Shown here: positions 60,922 to 64,000 of the stretch, in pieces | How positions within the stretch are numbered: position 1 is the stretch's first letter | How the letters are laid out: each line of letters begins with the position of its first letter | DNA from: Pseudogymnoascus verrucosus | Taxonomy: Eukaryota | Direction: 5' to 3' (one strand) | Length of the DNA stretch: 64,000 nucleotides | Assembly: GCA_001662655.1 (NCBI GenBank) | Contig: KV460264.1 | Notes under the pieces: generated by a model | Databases searched by the model: none | Told to the model about the DNA's origin: nothing | The model's input: the letters and a program-made list of their open reading frames with translations, nothing else | Made by a program: the position numbers and the translations under genes

Positions 60922-61773
60922 TTACTTCCTGGCGGTTACCACATAAGTCCCCATAGGTATCCCCACCTCTTCAACTTCACCTGTGATTCCTACCCCCCTC
61001 TGGAAAGTCTCCAACGCCCCCGGGACTATCTTCCTCAACTCCCTCCCAAAGGCCACTTTCTCCTCGGCACTCCACGTCTCAAAAACTGCCCCAAAGAGCG
61101 ATAACAGCCTATCTGCCACCCCATCCGCATTTGGTGCGCCGTAATGCCCCACTGTGTCTCCAATCACTACATCCTCGAAGCCCGCGCTACGCAGCAAGCC
61201 CTCGATATGCGCAGTCTCAAACCATGCCGGGTCGACGGGAATCAAAAATGGCGGCTCGTCGGGCCTTACCGCAGCCTGCGCGCGGCGCACGAGCTCCAGA
61301 TGCGGAAAAGCTGCGAAGACGGTTAGGAAGGCAACGCCCCCCGGCTTGAGGGTGCGGAAGATTTCGCGCGCGCCCTGCGCGGCGTCGGCGAAGAAGAAGA
61401 TGCCTAGGTTGGTGATCGAGTGGGAGAAAGTCGCGTCGGGGAAGGTGAGTTTCTCAGCCGGCATGACGGCGAGGTGGATGCGGTCTGCATGAGCGGCGAG
61501 GGCAGCTTTGGAGCGCGCGGCGCCAATCATGGCGGGGCTGATGTCGACGGCGTGGATGGTTGGAGGGGGTTTGGAGACGGGCAAGGCGAAGAGGATCTCT
61601 TCTGTTACGATGGCAGGGCCACAGGCGTTGTCTAGCACGACTGAATCGGTGCTGATGGAGGCTGCTGGACCGCGGATGATGTGTCGAGACAGCTCCCGGC
61701 TGAGACCACCCATGGTCGTTTCATAGCGGAGTGCTATTTCTTCGAAGTGCTCGAATGGTGTTTTTGGCGCCAT
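60922..61773 (-). CDS. Class I SAM-dependent methyltransferase
   Basis: VLDNACGPA (motif I), AVDISPAMI, LTFPDATFSH, EIFRTLKPGG; intronless, ATG at 61773. Confidence 0.9.
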   Translation of the reverse strand: MAPKTPFEHFEEIALRYETTMGGLSRELSRHIIRGPAASISTDSVVLDNACGPAIVTEEILFALPVSKPPPTIHAVDISPAMIGAARSKAALAAHADRIHLAVMPAEKLTFPDATFSHSITNLGIFFFADAAQGAREIFRTLKPGGVAFLTVFAAFPHLELVRRAQAAVRPDEPPFLIPVDPAWFETAHIEGLLRSAGFEDVVIGDTVGHYGAPNADGVADRLLSLFGAVFETWSAEEKVAFGRELRKIVPGALETFQRGVGITGEVEEVGIPMGTYVVTARK

Positions 61774-62379
61774 GATGGCTTTTGTGTTCAAAGAGTCTTG
61801 TGGAGGAGGTGGATGAAGTCTACGTTCGGGTGTGAGAATGGGAGAGGGGAGGCGGTGCTTGACTATATATGCTGCTCGGGTCTGACGACGCAGGGGGGAG
61901 CTTCAGTATCATAAGCAAAGCTATAAGCACAGCTATAAAAACATAGCGACCAGCACAAGCTTACCATCTTGTATCCTATTAGACCATCCCAAAGCCCATT
62001 TCAACGCGATGTAGCTCATCTTATCTGGATTCTGTCCCCCTAAAGAGCAGCCGAACCCCGCTTTATCGTCATACGTGTGCCTTGAACTGTGCCACTCGAT
62101 GCACATGAAAATATGGCAGAAATTCAAGCCAACAGTCGTGAAATGTGAGATTTTAGCGCTGATGCTCCAGCGAGAGGCTCCTCGGAACTTGTGGTTTGGG
62201 GCATGTTCGCGACAGGCGGCCAATCAAAGAAATAAGCTCAAGATCTTGGGAGCAGACCCCAGATCAACACTGGCGACAGTAAACAAATCTCAGCCTTGCC
62301 AAGATTTCAGCCTCGCACAACACCCAACATCGTCTTTTTGTCCATCGCAACCCCCAAACCACCAAACTAAAAATGCACA

Positions 62380-64000
62380 ATGCTATATTTCAGGCGCCGG
62401 CGATACCAGCATGTCTGGGCCGGCATAGGACGAGCTTACTATGGGTCACTCGCAAGTCGACCCCCAAGGCGACACCTAAGGAATGACAGTCACAACGCCA
62501 ATATCGACCCGACATCCCCAAGCACTAAGTCGTTCGCCCACGTCAACCGAAGAGATGCGAAAGGGCGATGGCAAGACTTAATCCGAACGACGCCGCCGCC
62601 GCCAATAGATCTCAGCCGAAAGATTGGAAAAGTGCCTCGGCGATACTTGAACCTAATCTCGCTCCTGCCTCCAGAGGGTCGGCAAGGAGAGCATGACTCC
62701 GACCAGCAGGATTCGACCCCTCGAAAGGCCGGGGAGGGCTCGTCTGTCCTTGCCGACACACAAGAGAAAAGAGGGAGCTCTGTCTTTGATGGCGTCAGTC
62801 GAGATTTCCACGCCCCTAGGCTGTCTACCGGGGATAGCCTAATACATGTGCGAACCAACTGGACAGCAATGCGCCGAGCCACGCCTTCGAAAACCTTGCG
62901 ACCACCGCTGCGAGGGCATAAACACAAGACAATAAATCCGAATATCAAACTAGAAAAATTCATGTCCAAAGAGGATATACAGGAAAGGCCTGAAATAGGG
63001 AGCAGTTCCTCCGATCTCTCTGGCCAGGGGACCCATCTGGACCCTATTATCCACGACATGTCCCCGCCCACGCCCATACAATCACAATCCACCGACAAAA
63101 TAGTACCAGCAGTGACCGAAATCCCCATGCCGTTGATGCGTCGCAGGAGGAGAGGTCGCGGGTCCCGCTCGTTTGTAGGACCCTCCACAACAACTCCAGT
63201 TATGGACGAAACCGATAAAAAACGGCTATCACAACATTATATGGATTACGGCCCCGCCACAGCAACTCCAGCGGTGGATGAAATCGATAGAAAACGGCTC
63301 GCAGAGCAGGCCATGGATTATGGCCCCACCTTTGCGCCCTACACCACCAAGCTGCTCAAACGAACCGAAGGCTGGGAAGAGCGCCCAGCGCTGTGGGATA
63401 TCAGCCCCGGGTGCCTCCTCTGGCTCCCCCCCTACTACAAGAACCCCGAGGACACAAACTTGCTGCATCCTCATCCTAATAGCGTGGACCACCCCATTGT
63501 CGTCCTCAGCGTCGATGTGTCGGGGCCGGAGGATGCAATCGTAACTTTTATGACTATCCGGTCGTTCAAGTCGTTCGGGGCGAAGACATCGCTGCTTAAC
63601 TTCTGGAAGAAGTACTTGCCGCTCTCGCGCTTCCCGCGCGAGAACTGGAGAGACGAGCCCGAGGCGCGAGAGAGCTGGAAGGACGCTCTGCTATTCCGCG
63701 AGAACTACACGGGTAGGAAAACAAACAGGGTGCAATACGTTGATATACAGAATATCAGTACGGCGCGGTGGGAGGACCTTCGGTGCTACCAAGGGGAGCG
63801 GCGCGTTATAGGGATTCCGCAGCGACTGTGCGAGGAGTCGATGGCGCGGTTGCGGGCGGCGCGGACGTGGTGGGAGGGGCAGTGGGATACGAATCGGGGA
63901 TTGGTGAAGTGGGAGGACGAGTGGGTGCCGTCAGGAAAGATGAGGGATGTGTTTAGACAGAGGTATATTGAGCCACTGGGGGAGGAAGACAACGAACTCG
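62380..64000 (+). CDS. Long ORF (>540 aa, runs off the window; absent from the ORF track): Arg-rich N-terminus, disordered region, 24-aa tandem repeat, C-terminal globular domain
   Basis: Read codon by codon from ATG 62380 (MLYFRRRRYQHVWAGIGRAYYGSLASR...) with no stop before 64000. Domain: DISPGCLLWLP...VDHPIVVLSVD...VTFMTIRSF...KYLPLS...QYVDIQNI...QRLCEESMARL. Confidence 0.8.
   Translation, partial: MLYFRRRRYQHVWAGIGRAYYGSLASRPPRRHLRNDSHNANIDPTSPSTKSFAHVNRRDAKGRWQDLIRTTPPPPIDLSRKIGKVPRRYLNLISLLPPEGRQGEHDSDQQDSTPRKAGEGSSVLADTQEKRGSSVFDGVSRDFHAPRLSTGDSLIHVRTNWTAMRRATPSKTLRPPLRGHKHKTINPNIKLEKFMSKEDIQERPEIGSSSSDLSGQGTHLDPIIHDMSPPTPIQSQSTDKIVPAVTEIPMPLMRRRRRGRGSRSFVGPSTTTPVMDETDKKRLSQHYMDYGPATATPAVDEIDRKRLAEQAMDYGPTFAPYTTKLLKRTEGWEERPALWDISPGCLLWLPPYYKNPEDTNLLHPHPNSVDHPIVVLSVDVSGPEDAIVTFMTIRSFKSFGAKTSLLNFWKKYLPLSRFPRENWRDEPEARESWKDALLFRENYTGRKTNRVQYVDIQNISTARWEDLRCYQGERRVIGIPQRLCEESMARLRAARTWWEGQWDTNRGLVKWEDEWVPSGKMRDVFRQRYIEPLGEEDNEL

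Noticed and set aside
62490..63188. 232-aa minus-strand ORF in the track
   Set aside because: Antisense shadow of the longer plus-strand ORF starting at 62380.

Overview
Eukaryotic DNA from a filamentous ascomycete: short GT-AG introns with CTAAC/CTGAC branch points, and RIP-type mutation of repeats. Bases 1-9.3 kb are an AT/TpA-rich, RIP-damaged transposon block. It holds a complete Fot1/pogo DNA transposon (221-2080) and a complete chromodomain-bearing Ty3/Gypsy LTR retrotransposon (2251-9252, minus strand, 495-bp LTRs, CTAGG TSD). The retrotransposon carries an extra ANTISENSE gene for a Zn(II)2Cys6-like cluster plus coiled coil, and its LTR U3 carries an array of CCGG motifs. This pairing is the most interesting signal in the window: a possible element-encoded regulatory circuit. 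The rest is gene-rich: a secreted SGNH/CE3 + FG-GAP protein; the divergent D-galacturonate pair gaaA/gaaC with GARE motifs; an acr-2-like Zn2Cys6 factor with a ~10.7-kb gene-poor upstream region; a DAO-family oxidoreductase; a GH5 mannanase; a divergent BBE-like oxidase/PTH11-like pair; an intronless secreted CYTH-like protein; MED5; a conserved hypothetical protein; an Srs2-type helicase; a small secreted protein; a frameshifted ELO-family pseudogene; a SAM methyltransferase; and an ORF missing from the supplied track (62380 to window end) with a possible PemK/MazF-like domain. All assignments come from reading motifs by eye; no searches were run.
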